The position numbers and the translations under genes were made by a program. Under the pieces are notes generated by a model. It did no database searches and had not been told where the DNA came from. It worked only from the letters and a program-made list of their open reading frames with translations. This document shows, one piece after another, positions 27,105 through 35,954 of a DNA stretch of 64,000 bases (position 1 is its first letter; each line of letters starts with the position of its first letter). This DNA comes from Candidatus Saccharimonadota bacterium (lineage in GTDB: Bacteria > Patescibacteriota > Saccharimonadia > Saccharimonadales > SLHW01), in NCBI GenBank assembly GCA_050486305.1, contig JBJHDA010000001.1, positions 499,071 to 563,070 of the forward strand, written 5' to 3'.

Positions 27105-28579
27105 TGAAGCTGGCTGCATTCAAACAAACCGTAAAGAGCAAACGTTTTCACGTTTCTTGGCTAATTGCCTGGTCATCAATTGGTATATTGCTTGGCGCCG
27201 TCTTCATTCGTTTTATCGAGCCGGCTAGGTATGCCGGCTTTGATTGGCTCTTGATCGCCCTCTGTGTGTTCTTTGCGGCTTACATAAAGCGCTCAGTGAT
27301 CGCCCTTTTGCTTGCTTTCACTGCTGGAGTATTCCTTGGGCTTTATGTCGGAGCCGCTAAGCTCATTACCCTAGAGCCACTCATCGCATTGCATGGCTCT
27401 CAACAAACTATCACCGGTACCATACGTAATGACACGACTCGCGGACCATCAGGCGATCAACGGTTTCGCATGGCTGATCTTCATGTTGGCAGCACCCCTA
27501 TGACCGGAGCAATATGGGTGAGCACGGCTGCTGACACGGAGTTAAAGCGCGGTGATGTCATTACAGTTAGTGGGGAGCTCTCGGAAGGATTCGGAACCAT
27601 GCAGGCAAGCCTTTTTCGGGCAACACTTGAGAATGTAACACGGCCAGAGCCTGGAGATGTAGCGAGAGCCGCCCGTGATGGTTTTTCCGATAAAGTAAGG
27701 CAGTTCATCCATGACCCCATGGCAAACATTGGTGTCAGTTTTTTAGTCGGTCAACGCAGCGGCCTACCTGATGACGTACAGGATATGTTTCGCGACTTAG
27801 GTCTCGTTCACCTGGTTGTCGCCAGTGGCTTTCATCTTACAATTGTTGTGCGTTTTAGCAGGCGGCTTTTTGTCGCCAGATCAAAATATATGGCTCTCGT
27901 GTCCAGTCTCGGTCTGATAGGCGGCTTTTTGCTCCTAACAGGCTTCAGCACTTCCATGATTCGTGCCTCGCTCGTGACGGCACTAAGTCTCTTGGCCTGG
28001 TATGTAGGCAGAAATATCCATCCGCTCGTCCTTTTGCCTTTCGTTGCAGCAATAACAGTCATCATTAATCCGCTGTATATCTGGTCGGATCTCGCTTGGT
28101 ATTTATCATTCACCGCTTTTACAGGCGTAATTATACTTGCGCCACTCATACAAAAATATTTCTGGAATCCAGACAAAGAGCCGGGCTTTGTGCGTTACCT
28201 CATCATTGCCACCTTATCTGCACAACTACTTACCTTTCCGATTATCGCTCTCGCTTTTGAGCAATTTTCGCCCCTCGCTATTCTAGCTAATTTGCTCGTC
28301 TTGCCATTCGTTCCGTTTGCTATGCTCGGCACCTTCGTTACTGGGATAATCGGCTATCTCATACCTTGGCTAGCTAATGTAGCTGCGGCAATCACTTCGA
28401 TCGGATTATCCTACATAAACGCTGTTGTTGAATATTTATCGGGGCTGCCTTGGGCAACCGGCCATGTCTCAATCTCACCCGTATTTATCGCAGTGTTCTA
28501 CGTCGGGATACTAATGTTTATGTATTATCTGCAGCGTACGACAGGGCACAGCCTGCGCACCGAAAATCCAGTTGAGTGA
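27104..28579 (+). CDS. comEC: ComEC/Rec2 DNA-uptake channel (OB/DUF4131 + competence domain; no metallo-beta-lactamase domain)
   Basis: 491 aa with an N-terminal OB-like region (ITGTIRND...VITVSGEL) and a competence domain (FLVGQRSGLPDDV...GLVHLVVASGFHLTIV...SMIRA). The ORF ends right after the last TM helix, and no HxHxDH motif is present. Confidence 0.85.
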   Translation: MKLAAFKQTVKSKRFHVSWLIAWSSIGILLGAVFIRFIEPARYAGFDWLLIALCVFFAAYIKRSVIALLLAFTAGVFLGLYVGAAKLITLEPLIALHGSQQTITGTIRNDTTRGPSGDQRFRMADLHVGSTPMTGAIWVSTAADTELKRGDVITVSGELSEGFGTMQASLFRATLENVTRPEPGDVARAARDGFSDKVRQFIHDPMANIGVSFLVGQRSGLPDDVQDMFRDLGLVHLVVASGFHLTIVVRFSRRLFVARSKYMALVSSLGLIGGFLLLTGFSTSMIRASLVTALSLLAWYVGRNIHPLVLLPFVAAITVIINPLYIWSDLAWYLSFTAFTGVIILAPLIQKYFWNPDKEPGFVRYLIIATLSAQLLTFPIIALAFEQFSPLAILANLLVLPFVPFAMLGTFVTGIIGYLIPWLANVAAAITSIGLSYINAVVEYLSGLPWATGHVSISPVFIAVFYVGILMFMYYLQRTTGHSLRTENPVE

Positions 28580-28597
28580 TATTGCATAACCGTAGAA

Positions 28598-29245
28598 CTA
28601 GTTTACTGTAGCATTTCCTGCGTAATGCCAGCCACTCTTCACTGAACCATCATGGCTATAAAACGATAGGTAGGTTCTCCATTCGGTAAATCCATCTAGC
28701 TTTGACCCAGGAACCGTAACCGAGCAGCTTGAACCGTTGATAGATTTTTTTACCGTCTTATGGTTGCTGCTCGTGCCGCCCTCTACAGGTTTCACGAGAG
28801 CTTGACACGTCCCGCTGTACGATTTGGGTAATTGCGCCGATAAAACTATTGAGTTGCCGTCTGTTTCCACAGAAACAGATGTTAACTTTATTTCATTAGG
28901 TTTCGTATGCTCTTTTTTGTCCGCATCAGTTTGCGTGTCTTGTTTTTGCTTTTCGGTTGTTGTTGACGTTGGCTTTGTTTGTGGCTGCTCCGGCTCTGAC
29001 TGCTTCTCTTCTCCTGGGTCATCTTGCTCAACATCTTCTGGAAGAACGGCAACAATTCCGTTAATATCAGCGTCCTTTAGTTCATCCTGTCCTGAATCAT
29101 AGCTATCGGTAACCTCTATGTTGCTGCGGGTGCTTTGTATCCGGTACACCACTCCGAGCGTAAATGCTATTACGCCTACAAAAACAATAATAATGATGAC
29201 AGGTACGTGAAGTACGCCCGTTTCATCTTCTAGCTTTTGAATCAT
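28598..29245 (-). CDS. hypothetical membrane-anchored extracytoplasmic protein
   Basis: 215 aa. It has an N-terminal TM helix, an acidic/Thr-Lys-rich linker and a ~95-aa C-terminal domain with two Cys. Confidence 0.5.
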   Translation of the reverse strand: MIQKLEDETGVLHVPVIIIIVFVGVIAFTLGVVYRIQSTRSNIEVTDSYDSGQDELKDADINGIVAVLPEDVEQDDPGEEKQSEPEQPQTKPTSTTTEKQKQDTQTDADKKEHTKPNEIKLTSVSVETDGNSIVLSAQLPKSYSGTCQALVKPVEGGTSSNHKTVKKSINGSSCSVTVPGSKLDGFTEWRTYLSFYSHDGSVKSGWHYAGNATVN

Positions 29246-29299
29246 ACTGTGCCTTTTTATTTAAATTGATGTAATAAGTATAACATAAGCAGTTTTATC

Positions 29300-30061
29300 T
29301 TATCCGCGGTAACTGCTAACTATATTGACAGCTTCTTGAATATCATCAGTGATAACATATAGCTCTCTGTCTTCTTTATCGATTGTTTTGTATGTTTCGG
29401 CAAGATATTTTTTTATATATGTATCTAGTGGATTCCAGAAATCCGAGCCCACAAGAATAATTGGTATCTGTTTAATCCGGTCTGTTTGCTTTAAGGTTAA
29501 TATTTCAAATAGTTCATCAAGTGTTCCAAAGCCACCAGGAAAATATATATATGCGCGAGCAGCAAACGATAATGCTACCTTGCGACTAAAAAAATAGTAG
29601 AAATCGACTGAGCGATTTACATATTCGTTCGTTACTTGTTCGTGTGGTAACTGGATTGTCATCCCAATTGAAACCCCGTTTTCATCTGCAGCACCACGGT
29701 TTGCTGCCTCCATAATTCCTGGACCGCCGCCTGTGATAACCGATGCCCCTGTGTCCCGAACGATATGATCAGCGAGTTCCCTCGCTTTTTTGTAGTGCTT
29801 ATCCTCTGGCTGCAAACGAGCAGAGCCAAAAAACGTTACAGTATTTTGGTGGTTTTTCAGTAATTTAAACGTCTGCTTGAATTCTTTATTTATCTGGCGC
29901 ATGCGCTTACGAGTCGCTCGATTTGAAGCATCGGCAATATGAAACTTCTCTTCACGCATTATGGTTTTTAATGCTGAATGATGTCGAAACTGCTTTTTTA
30001 GTTTCATTTTTATTTTTTCCATCTTAAGCACTAGCGTAGCCGAAAAATACAGTTTTTGCAA
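29300..30061 (-). CDS. LOG/TIGR00730 family protein (cytokinin riboside 5'-monophosphate phosphoribohydrolase-like)
   Basis: Motifs present: VTFFGSAR, ITGGGPGIMEAANRGA, PGGFGTLDELFE. The start is uncertain, with alternative ATGs at 30022, 30007 and 29959. Confidence 0.8.
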   Translation of the reverse strand: MQKLYFSATLVLKMEKIKMKLKKQFRHHSALKTIMREEKFHIADASNRATRKRMRQINKEFKQTFKLLKNHQNTVTFFGSARLQPEDKHYKKARELADHIVRDTGASVITGGGPGIMEAANRGAADENGVSIGMTIQLPHEQVTNEYVNRSVDFYYFFSRKVALSFAARAYIYFPGGFGTLDELFEILTLKQTDRIKQIPIILVGSDFWNPLDTYIKKYLAETYKTIDKEDRELYVITDDIQEAVNIVSSYRG

Positions 30062-30109
30062 AGCTTGCTCATATTTTTCAATCCCTATAGTTTTACGTAT
30101 ACTACAGCC

Positions 30110-30805
30110 ATGCCTAGAGACAAAAAAACTTCAGAAGCAGAGCAGCCATGGCCGCGGATGAAAGCCTTCCTCGCCTCTAAGCCTTTACTGTTCTTGTTCA
30201 GTCTAATCAATTGGCCTCGGCGAACAATAAGAAGAATGTACCGATGGGTTGTGGGGTGGTCAGAAGGAAAAAATGCCGAACGGGCACTTGGCGGTATAGC
30301 CTTCGCTGAGAGCTCGGTTTTCCCTATTCCTCCAGACCCGCTTCTTATCGCTATGACTACCGTGCAGCCAAAAAAGTATCTCCGTTTTGCAGCAATATGC
30401 ACAATCGCGAGCGTTTTGGGCGGGGCACTAGGCTATTTTATCGGTGTAGGACTGTTCGAGACCGTTGGAAGGTGGGTAATCGATACCTATAGTCTGCATA
30501 GTGAATTCGAAATAATCGGCCAACGCTATAGCGAGAACGCTTTTTTGGCAATATTTACGGCCGCCTTTACGCCTATCCCTTATAAGCTTATTGCAATATC
30601 AGCAGGCGTCTTCCATGTAAACCTGCTCGTTTTTATCATTGCTTCTATCATTGGTCGTGGAGGACGCTTCTTTGCAGTAGCACTCGCAATGCACCACTTT
30701 GGCAAGCGCTATAAAGACACGATCGAAAAATATATCGACCTGCTGTCTCTCGCCTTTACTGCCTTAGTTATCCTCGGTTTTGTAGCGATTCGCTATTTGC
30801 TGTAA
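30110..30805 (+). CDS. YqaA/DedA-related membrane protein
   Basis: The start is moved to the ATG at 30110 (MPRDKK...). Motifs are ESSVFPIPPDPLLIAM and FTPIPYKLIAISAG. Confidence 0.7.
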   Translation: MPRDKKTSEAEQPWPRMKAFLASKPLLFLFSLINWPRRTIRRMYRWVVGWSEGKNAERALGGIAFAESSVFPIPPDPLLIAMTTVQPKKYLRFAAICTIASVLGGALGYFIGVGLFETVGRWVIDTYSLHSEFEIIGQRYSENAFLAIFTAAFTPIPYKLIAISAGVFHVNLLVFIIASIIGRGGRFFAVALAMHHFGKRYKDTIEKYIDLLSLAFTALVILGFVAIRYLL

Positions 30806-31802
30806 CTTTCGCTTTTAGTGCTGGGTTAATTTTTTCGTTTCTGAAGCTATCCACGCCGGCGCTAACAAGGAGTGCTGTCGGTACAGCGAGCAACCCCCCG
30901 ATGATGCCAAATAGTATCGTACCTATCAAGAACGCGGTTAATACAATAATCGGGTGTAAGTGAACGGCTTTACCCATTAAAATTGGGGACAGTACATGGC
31001 TTTCAAGCTGCTGAATAACAACATACACCAGTGCGACAATTAGCCCTTTCTCGACTGAATCGGTCAATCCGAGCAAGATCGCAGGAACAGAAGCCAGAAT
31101 TGGGCCAATCAACGGGACAATCTCAAATAAAGCCGCGATTATACCGAGAACCCCGGCGAACGGTAGGCCAAGTGCCAGTGCTGACAGCCAAACCATTACC
31201 CCGACTACAGTACTGATTAGCATTTGGCCAATGAACCATCTGCTCAGCTTTATCTCGACACGAATCCATATGTCTTCGATTCTTTTTTGATATTGTTTTG
31301 GCACAAACGATACGAGAGTTTTCTTTAATGAATCGTAGCCCCGCAGCCAATACATCGTCAATACGAGTACAGCCAACAATACCCCTATAGCCTGAAGAAC
31401 CGAAAAGCCAATAACGAGAGCAAGAGAGCCAATATCAGCGAACCTATCCCGTACAAGGTCGAGCAGTGCTTGCTCATCCACACCAATTGCCTCCATAAAC
31501 GGTATTCCGCCTAAGATCGCAGGAAATTCTCTGATAAATTTCGGAAACTGTTCTGCGACTGCCGGGGCCACGTAAACGCCTAGACCGGTTAATATCCCAG
31601 CAAAAGCCAAGATAGGAATCAGGACAGCTAACATGGAGGGAAGCTTAACCTTATGTAAAATACGGACAAGCGGCAGCAAGATAACGGTTAACATAAACGA
31701 CACAAGTAAAATAAGTGCAACGAACTGCAGTCGCCAGAGTATAACAACCGTCAGGCCGATTGCCATTAGTTTATAGAGCTGTTTCATTGTTGCGCTATCC
31801 AT
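30768..31802 (-). CDS. AI-2E family transporter (second copy)
   Basis: 344 aa, polytopic, with an AI-2E-like core (GLPFAGVLGIIAALFEIVPLIGPILASVPA, ESHVLSPILMG). Confidence 0.8.
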   Translation of the reverse strand: MDSATMKQLYKLMAIGLTVVILWRLQFVALILLVSFMLTVILLPLVRILHKVKLPSMLAVLIPILAFAGILTGLGVYVAPAVAEQFPKFIREFPAILGGIPFMEAIGVDEQALLDLVRDRFADIGSLALVIGFSVLQAIGVLLAVLVLTMYWLRGYDSLKKTLVSFVPKQYQKRIEDIWIRVEIKLSRWFIGQMLISTVVGVMVWLSALALGLPFAGVLGIIAALFEIVPLIGPILASVPAILLGLTDSVEKGLIVALVYVVIQQLESHVLSPILMGKAVHLHPIIVLTAFLIGTILFGIIGGLLAVPTALLVSAGVDSFRNEKINPALKAKVTANSESLQNRG

Positions 31803-32019
31803 ATAAAAATCTTCTTAGAATTAAGTGTAGCATCGTTTAGCCAATAGCATAACTGCCCGCTTGTATAAAATACCTGCAAATAGCTAAACTTATGTGCAAA
31901 GCAGGGTTATGGTCGCACATAACACGTACATGTCCGGCAAATTAAGCAGCTTAAATACTCAAACGGCCGAATTAAAATAATAGATTAATCGGTGCTATAC
32001 AAGCAGAGCGATGCTGATT

Positions 32020-32328
32020 TTAAGAATTTAATCTCTGAAGGCACAGACGTGAGCGACGCCTTGTTGGCCAAACAATGACACTTGTTATAGTGCTGGCCGG
32101 AATCCACCCAAATGTGTCACTATCGGTACTGCCTGATTCTGCTACCCCCTTAACGTACAGTCGGTCTGCTTCAGCGCGCGCTACCAATTTTATCTTCTCG
32201 CGCCCTTCGTGAATAAATGTAACTATGTCACCGACGTGCGGTGTCCTGCGCTTCGAACCGACAACAAGCTGGTGAGGTGTTAGCAGAGGGCTCATGCTGC
32301 CTCCACTTATACGTAAAATCCTGACCAT
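32020..32328 (-). CDS. sodX: nickel-type superoxide dismutase maturation protease (S26 signal-peptidase-like)
   Basis: 102 aa with the S26-like catalytic Ser motif GGSMSPLL. It lies 8 nt downstream of sodN on the same strand, which is the canonical sodN-sodX arrangement. Confidence 0.75.
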   Translation of the reverse strand: MVRILRISGGSMSPLLTPHQLVVGSKRRTPHVGDIVTFIHEGREKIKLVARAEADRLYVKGVAESGSTDSDTFGWIPASTITSVIVWPTRRRSRLCLQRLNS

Positions 32329-32336
32329 TCCGTTCG

Positions 32337-32714
32337 CTACTGTTTTGTGCTCTTGAACCAGTCAGCTACTTCACCGATCAAATCAAGAAGTTTTTGACTT
32401 TCCTCTACCGAAGTCGATTTTTTTGCGGCGCCAGCTTGTTTCGTTGCCCGCCAAAACAAATCATGAAGGTCCGGTTTTGCTTCCAGGTGCTCCGGCTTTG
32501 CGTAATCTGTCCATATAACCCAAAGATGATGCTTTACAAGCTCCAGTCGTTGCTCTTTTATCATAACTGCTCGCCACTTGTCCTCTTGGGTAAGCCCGTC
32601 ATACTTCTGGTTGATTCCGTGTACCGACTCGGCCTCGATCCGAGCCTGTGCCGGATCATATACTCCACACGGCAAATCACAGTGTGCGTAAGCCGTTTTT
32701 ATAAGCTGCTTCAT
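32337..32714 (-). CDS. sodN: nickel superoxide dismutase precursor
   Basis: The Ni-hook HCDLPCGVYDP follows a short propeptide (MKQLIKTAYA|HCDLPCG). The start is set at the ATG at 32714, which is preceded by AGGAGG; the ORF track starts at 32747. Confidence 0.9.
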   Translation of the reverse strand: MKQLIKTAYAHCDLPCGVYDPAQARIEAESVHGINQKYDGLTQEDKWRAVMIKEQRLELVKHHLWVIWTDYAKPEHLEAKPDLHDLFWRATKQAGAAKKSTSVEESQKLLDLIGEVADWFKSTKQ

Positions 32715-32810
32715 GATTCCTCCTGTTCTATCCTCTTTTATCATCAACCCAGTATACCAATTCGATAAAGGACTGTCCTGAGGTCTTTCGCTTCGCTTGT
32801 TTTTGTATCG

Positions 32811-33467
32811 CTAGTTTTTTGTTTTTTTACTGTTGTTTTTACGCCATTTTTCTATCTCGGCGTGATTGCCGCTTAAGAGCACCTCGGGCACTTTCATGCC
32901 CTTAAATTCTTCCGGACGAGTGTAGTGAGGGTGCTCGAGCGTATCAGGATCCTGGAAGCTCTCGTTAGCGGCACTCGTTTCACCGCCTAAAACACCTGGA
33001 AGAAGCCGCGCAACAGCGTCGATTATTGTCATTGCGGGCAGCTCTCCTCCGGTTAAAACAAAATTACCGATAGATAGCTGCCTGTCAACGATAGAGGTGA
33101 TTCGCTCATCATAGCCCTCGTAGCGCCCACAGATAATAATCAAGCCTTCTTGCGAATCAGCTAGCTCCTGAGCGGTAGATTGCTGAAAGCGCTCACCACG
33201 TGGCGTCATGAGCAGAACTTTGGCGTCCGCATCCACAGACTTACAATGCTCCACCGCAGCAAAAAGAGGTTCGGGCCGCAGTAGCATCCCAGATCCACCG
33301 CCATAAGGAGTGTCGTCAACACTTTTATGCGGACCCAGACCAAAATCACGCAAGTTAATATACGAAAACGATACGATACCGTTATCTTTTGCTTTCTTGA
33401 GCATACTTGTTTCTAACACTCCTGGAAACATGCCAGGAAACAAACTGATTATTTGGATGTGTTTCAT
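32811..33467 (-). CDS. trmD: tRNA (guanine37-N1)-methyltransferase
   Basis: The start is set at the ATG at 33467 (MKHIQIISLFPGMF) with GAGGTGAG upstream. TrmD motifs are DDTPYGGGSGM, ICGRYEGYDER and VLTGGELPA. Confidence 0.92.
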   Translation of the reverse strand: MKHIQIISLFPGMFPGVLETSMLKKAKDNGIVSFSYINLRDFGLGPHKSVDDTPYGGGSGMLLRPEPLFAAVEHCKSVDADAKVLLMTPRGERFQQSTAQELADSQEGLIIICGRYEGYDERITSIVDRQLSIGNFVLTGGELPAMTIIDAVARLLPGVLGGETSAANESFQDPDTLEHPHYTRPEEFKGMKVPEVLLSGNHAEIEKWRKNNSKKTKN

Positions 33468-33520
33468 GATGGTGCTCACCTCACTACCGCTTTGTTCGTT
33501 TATCTGTCGTATTCTAGCAC

Positions 33521-33559
33521 GGCTAAAAATAAAACAAGACTGCATTATACACAGTCTTG
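33521..33559 (-). terminator. rho-independent-type terminator between the KH gene and trmD
   Basis: An 8-bp stem caagactg/cagtcttg (33535-33559) is followed on the minus strand by TTTTATTTTTAG. A TAGAAT -10-like box lies just downstream, before trmD. Confidence 0.55.
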
Positions 33560-33702
33560 CTTTATCACATAAAGCTCCCATCAATTATGATGGCTCGCAT
33601 TGAGCTTCGTTTAGTTGAAGTGATACGTCGTTTCACCAACAATCGTAACAATAGTACTATATCGCTGGTTTTTTTAAAACGCAAGCAGATTTTTCCAAGT
33701 GC

Positions 33703-34101
33703 TTAAATATCGAGGTCGTCAAGCTCTTCTAGCTCTTTACGAGCTCTCGATACTTTTGAGTCTTCCTCTTTTTGTTCTGACTGACTTTCATCTCCATCGG
33801 TGCTGCTTGAGCTGCCGTTTTTGCTGTTTGAGCTGCTGCCCTCTTCGGCATCCAGCGCGGTATCGATTATCTTTAAGTTGTACCTTGCATCGTTTTTCGT
33901 GCCGAGCGCGCGTAGTAATGTTCGTATACTTTGCGCGGTAGCACCGCGTTTCCCGATAACGCGGCCAAGATCTTCAGGGTCGACTGATAGCTCTAGCAGT
34001 ACACCTTTTTCGTCTATGCGACGATTAACGCTGACATTGTCCGGATTACTTACAAGTGACCGTACAATAAATTCAATAAACTGCTGGTCAATACTACTCA
34101 T
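33703..34101 (-). CDS. KH-domain RNA-binding protein (YlqC/UPF0109-like) with Ser/acidic C-terminal tail
   Basis: The start is at the ATG at 34101, preceded by AGGGAGG. The KH core is LELSVDPEDLGRVIGKRGATAQSIRTLL. Confidence 0.8.
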   Translation of the reverse strand: MSSIDQQFIEFIVRSLVSNPDNVSVNRRIDEKGVLLELSVDPEDLGRVIGKRGATAQSIRTLLRALGTKNDARYNLKIIDTALDAEEGSSSNSKNGSSSSTDGDESQSEQKEEDSKVSRARKELEELDDLDI

Positions 34102-34193
34102 CTGATAAACCTCCCTTATTGCGGTAATCACGTAATTAGAAAATCAGTATATGCACGTGTCAGTATAACAGAGTGATCCTGATGCGAATAGAC

Positions 34194-34628
34194 TTATTCT
34201 TGCTTTTCTTCAGGCTTTTCCCCTGAAGGCGTTGTGGCTTCTGTAGAAGCTTCTTCTGCAGCTCCTGATTGCTCAGCGCTGGCAGGTGCAGTCTCTTCTG
34301 GCTCTTCTTCCGCAGGGCGGTTTTTGCGTAGCTTCTCTGGGTTTTTCGTTGTACGTTTTGTCGCTGGCACCGCAACTTCTACCCAATCTGGAAGCTTTAT
34401 TTTTTCCGCTTTCAAGAGCTGCGCAACTCTCGGGGACGGCTGTGCGCCATTATTCAGATATTTTTTCGCCGTATCTTTGTCAAGCGAAACTTCTTTTGTA
34501 TGCGGGTTAAAGTGACCAAGATTAGCCACGACTCGGCCACTCGTAGGACTACGCTGGGCGTCTTGCACAATTATCCTGTATTGTGCATATCCTTTCCGTC
34601 CAACGCGTTGCAATCGAATTGCGAGCAT
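34194..34628 (-). CDS. rpsP: 30S ribosomal protein S16 (bS16) with ~60-aa acidic C-terminal extension
   Basis: The N-terminus MLAIRLQRVGRKGYAQYRIIVQDAQRSPTSGRVVANLGHFNP matches bS16. Confidence 0.92.
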   Translation of the reverse strand: MLAIRLQRVGRKGYAQYRIIVQDAQRSPTSGRVVANLGHFNPHTKEVSLDKDTAKKYLNNGAQPSPRVAQLLKAEKIKLPDWVEVAVPATKRTTKNPEKLRKNRPAEEEPEETAPASAEQSGAAEEASTEATTPSGEKPEEKQE

Positions 34629-34739
34629 AATAATTAAACTCTCTCTTTCCTCACTAAAGCGTTTTTGTAGCTACCCGCTTTAATGTATTACATTTATATT
34701 TTGCAATCTGCTCTATTTTACAGATGTAACGATAGACTG

Positions 34740-35435
34740 TCAACTCTGGTAGCGTTGTAGTGCCTTCTCGGCCGCCTCGACTTGTCCGGCCTGCTTGCTC
34801 GGCCCAGACCCTTTACCGATAAGCTCACCCTCGACAAAAACTCCAACAGTAAACGTCTTGTCATGATCCGGCCCATCTTCCTGCAGTACTTTGTAGACTG
34901 GTGTATGCCCATCTTTACTCTGAGCTAACTCTTGCAGGTGAGATTTAGGGTCCATCCAAGAACCACTCTCCAATATTTGATTAAATGTGACAAGCAGCGT
35001 TCGTGCAATAAAGTCTTTTGCCGCTTCGTAGCCTTTATCTAGGTAAACTGCGCCGATAACAGCTTCGTATGTATTGGCTAATATTTGTGCTCTCGCACGC
35101 TCGCTTCCCCGGCGCTCGCCACGGCTCAACCGTAACATTGACTCGAAGCCGAGACCTTTTGCCGCTTCGCCAATGCTCTCTGTCTTAACCAGACTGCTTC
35201 GCCAATTTGTCAGTACCCCTTCAGGATCGTCATAATTTACGTAGAGGTACTCCGTAACCACAAGCTCAAGAACGGCATCACCTAAAAACTCCAGCCGCTC
35301 ATTATGCTCCTTGGCAGTTTTTTTGTGCTCATTTAGGTAAGAGCGATGGGTAAACGCAGTGATAAGAAGCTCGATATCGTTAAACTCAACCCCGAGCGTA
35401 TCCAGCGCAAACGTTTTATATTTTGCCGTATCCAT
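34740..35435 (-). CDS. rnc: ribonuclease III
   Basis: It has the RNase III signature NERLEFLGDAVLELVV and a C-terminal dsRBD (PKSHLQELAQ...GSGPSKQAGQVEAAEKAL). Confidence 0.92.
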   Translation of the reverse strand: MDTAKYKTFALDTLGVEFNDIELLITAFTHRSYLNEHKKTAKEHNERLEFLGDAVLELVVTEYLYVNYDDPEGVLTNWRSSLVKTESIGEAAKGLGFESMLRLSRGERRGSERARAQILANTYEAVIGAVYLDKGYEAAKDFIARTLLVTFNQILESGSWMDPKSHLQELAQSKDGHTPVYKVLQEDGPDHDKTFTVGVFVEGELIGKGSGPSKQAGQVEAAEKALQRYQS

Positions 35436-35450
35436 AGCTATACGATTATA

Positions 35451-35951
35451 TTAAAGCTTACCTTCCCTTATTTTGCGTAAACCAAGCAAAATAAGTTTGC
35501 TGATATCTTCATATGCAATCGTGTCTACCGCTTCGGCAGCAGGAAACCACTTTATGCCGTTCATCCAGTCCTCTGGCTTCAAGTCATCCGTATCACCTAA
35601 TGCCTTCACTAAAAAGATTTCTGTTGTCATGAGCACGAGACTTGATTGACGACGGTATCGAAAGTTTATTTTCCCGAGCCAGTGCATCACTTTCATTTCC
35701 TTCAGCCCAGTCTCTTCCTTGATTTCACGCTCAGCAGCTTCTCTTGCGCTTTCACCTTCTTCAATGTGACCCTTTGGAATCGTCCATCGATTCTTCGCAT
35801 CTTGGATAAGTAAAATTTCGACATTCTTGCTGGTTTTTGCCCGACGGAAAATAATTCCGCCTGCCGTCGGCTCACGGACAACCTCTTTGATGCTGGGCTT
35901 TCGCTTATTGACAAATTTTTTCAGCCCTTGGATTGGCTTGGGTCGTTTCAT
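35451..35951 (-). CDS. NUDIX hydrolase
   Basis: It carries the Nudix box GHIEEGESAREAAEREIKEETGL (GX5EX7REUXEEXGU). Confidence 0.85.
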   Translation of the reverse strand: MKRPKPIQGLKKFVNKRKPSIKEVVREPTAGGIIFRRAKTSKNVEILLIQDAKNRWTIPKGHIEEGESAREAAEREIKEETGLKEMKVMHWLGKINFRYRRQSSLVLMTTEIFLVKALGDTDDLKPEDWMNGIKWFPAAEAVDTIAYEDISKLILLGLRKIREGKL

Positions 35952-35954
35952 AAT

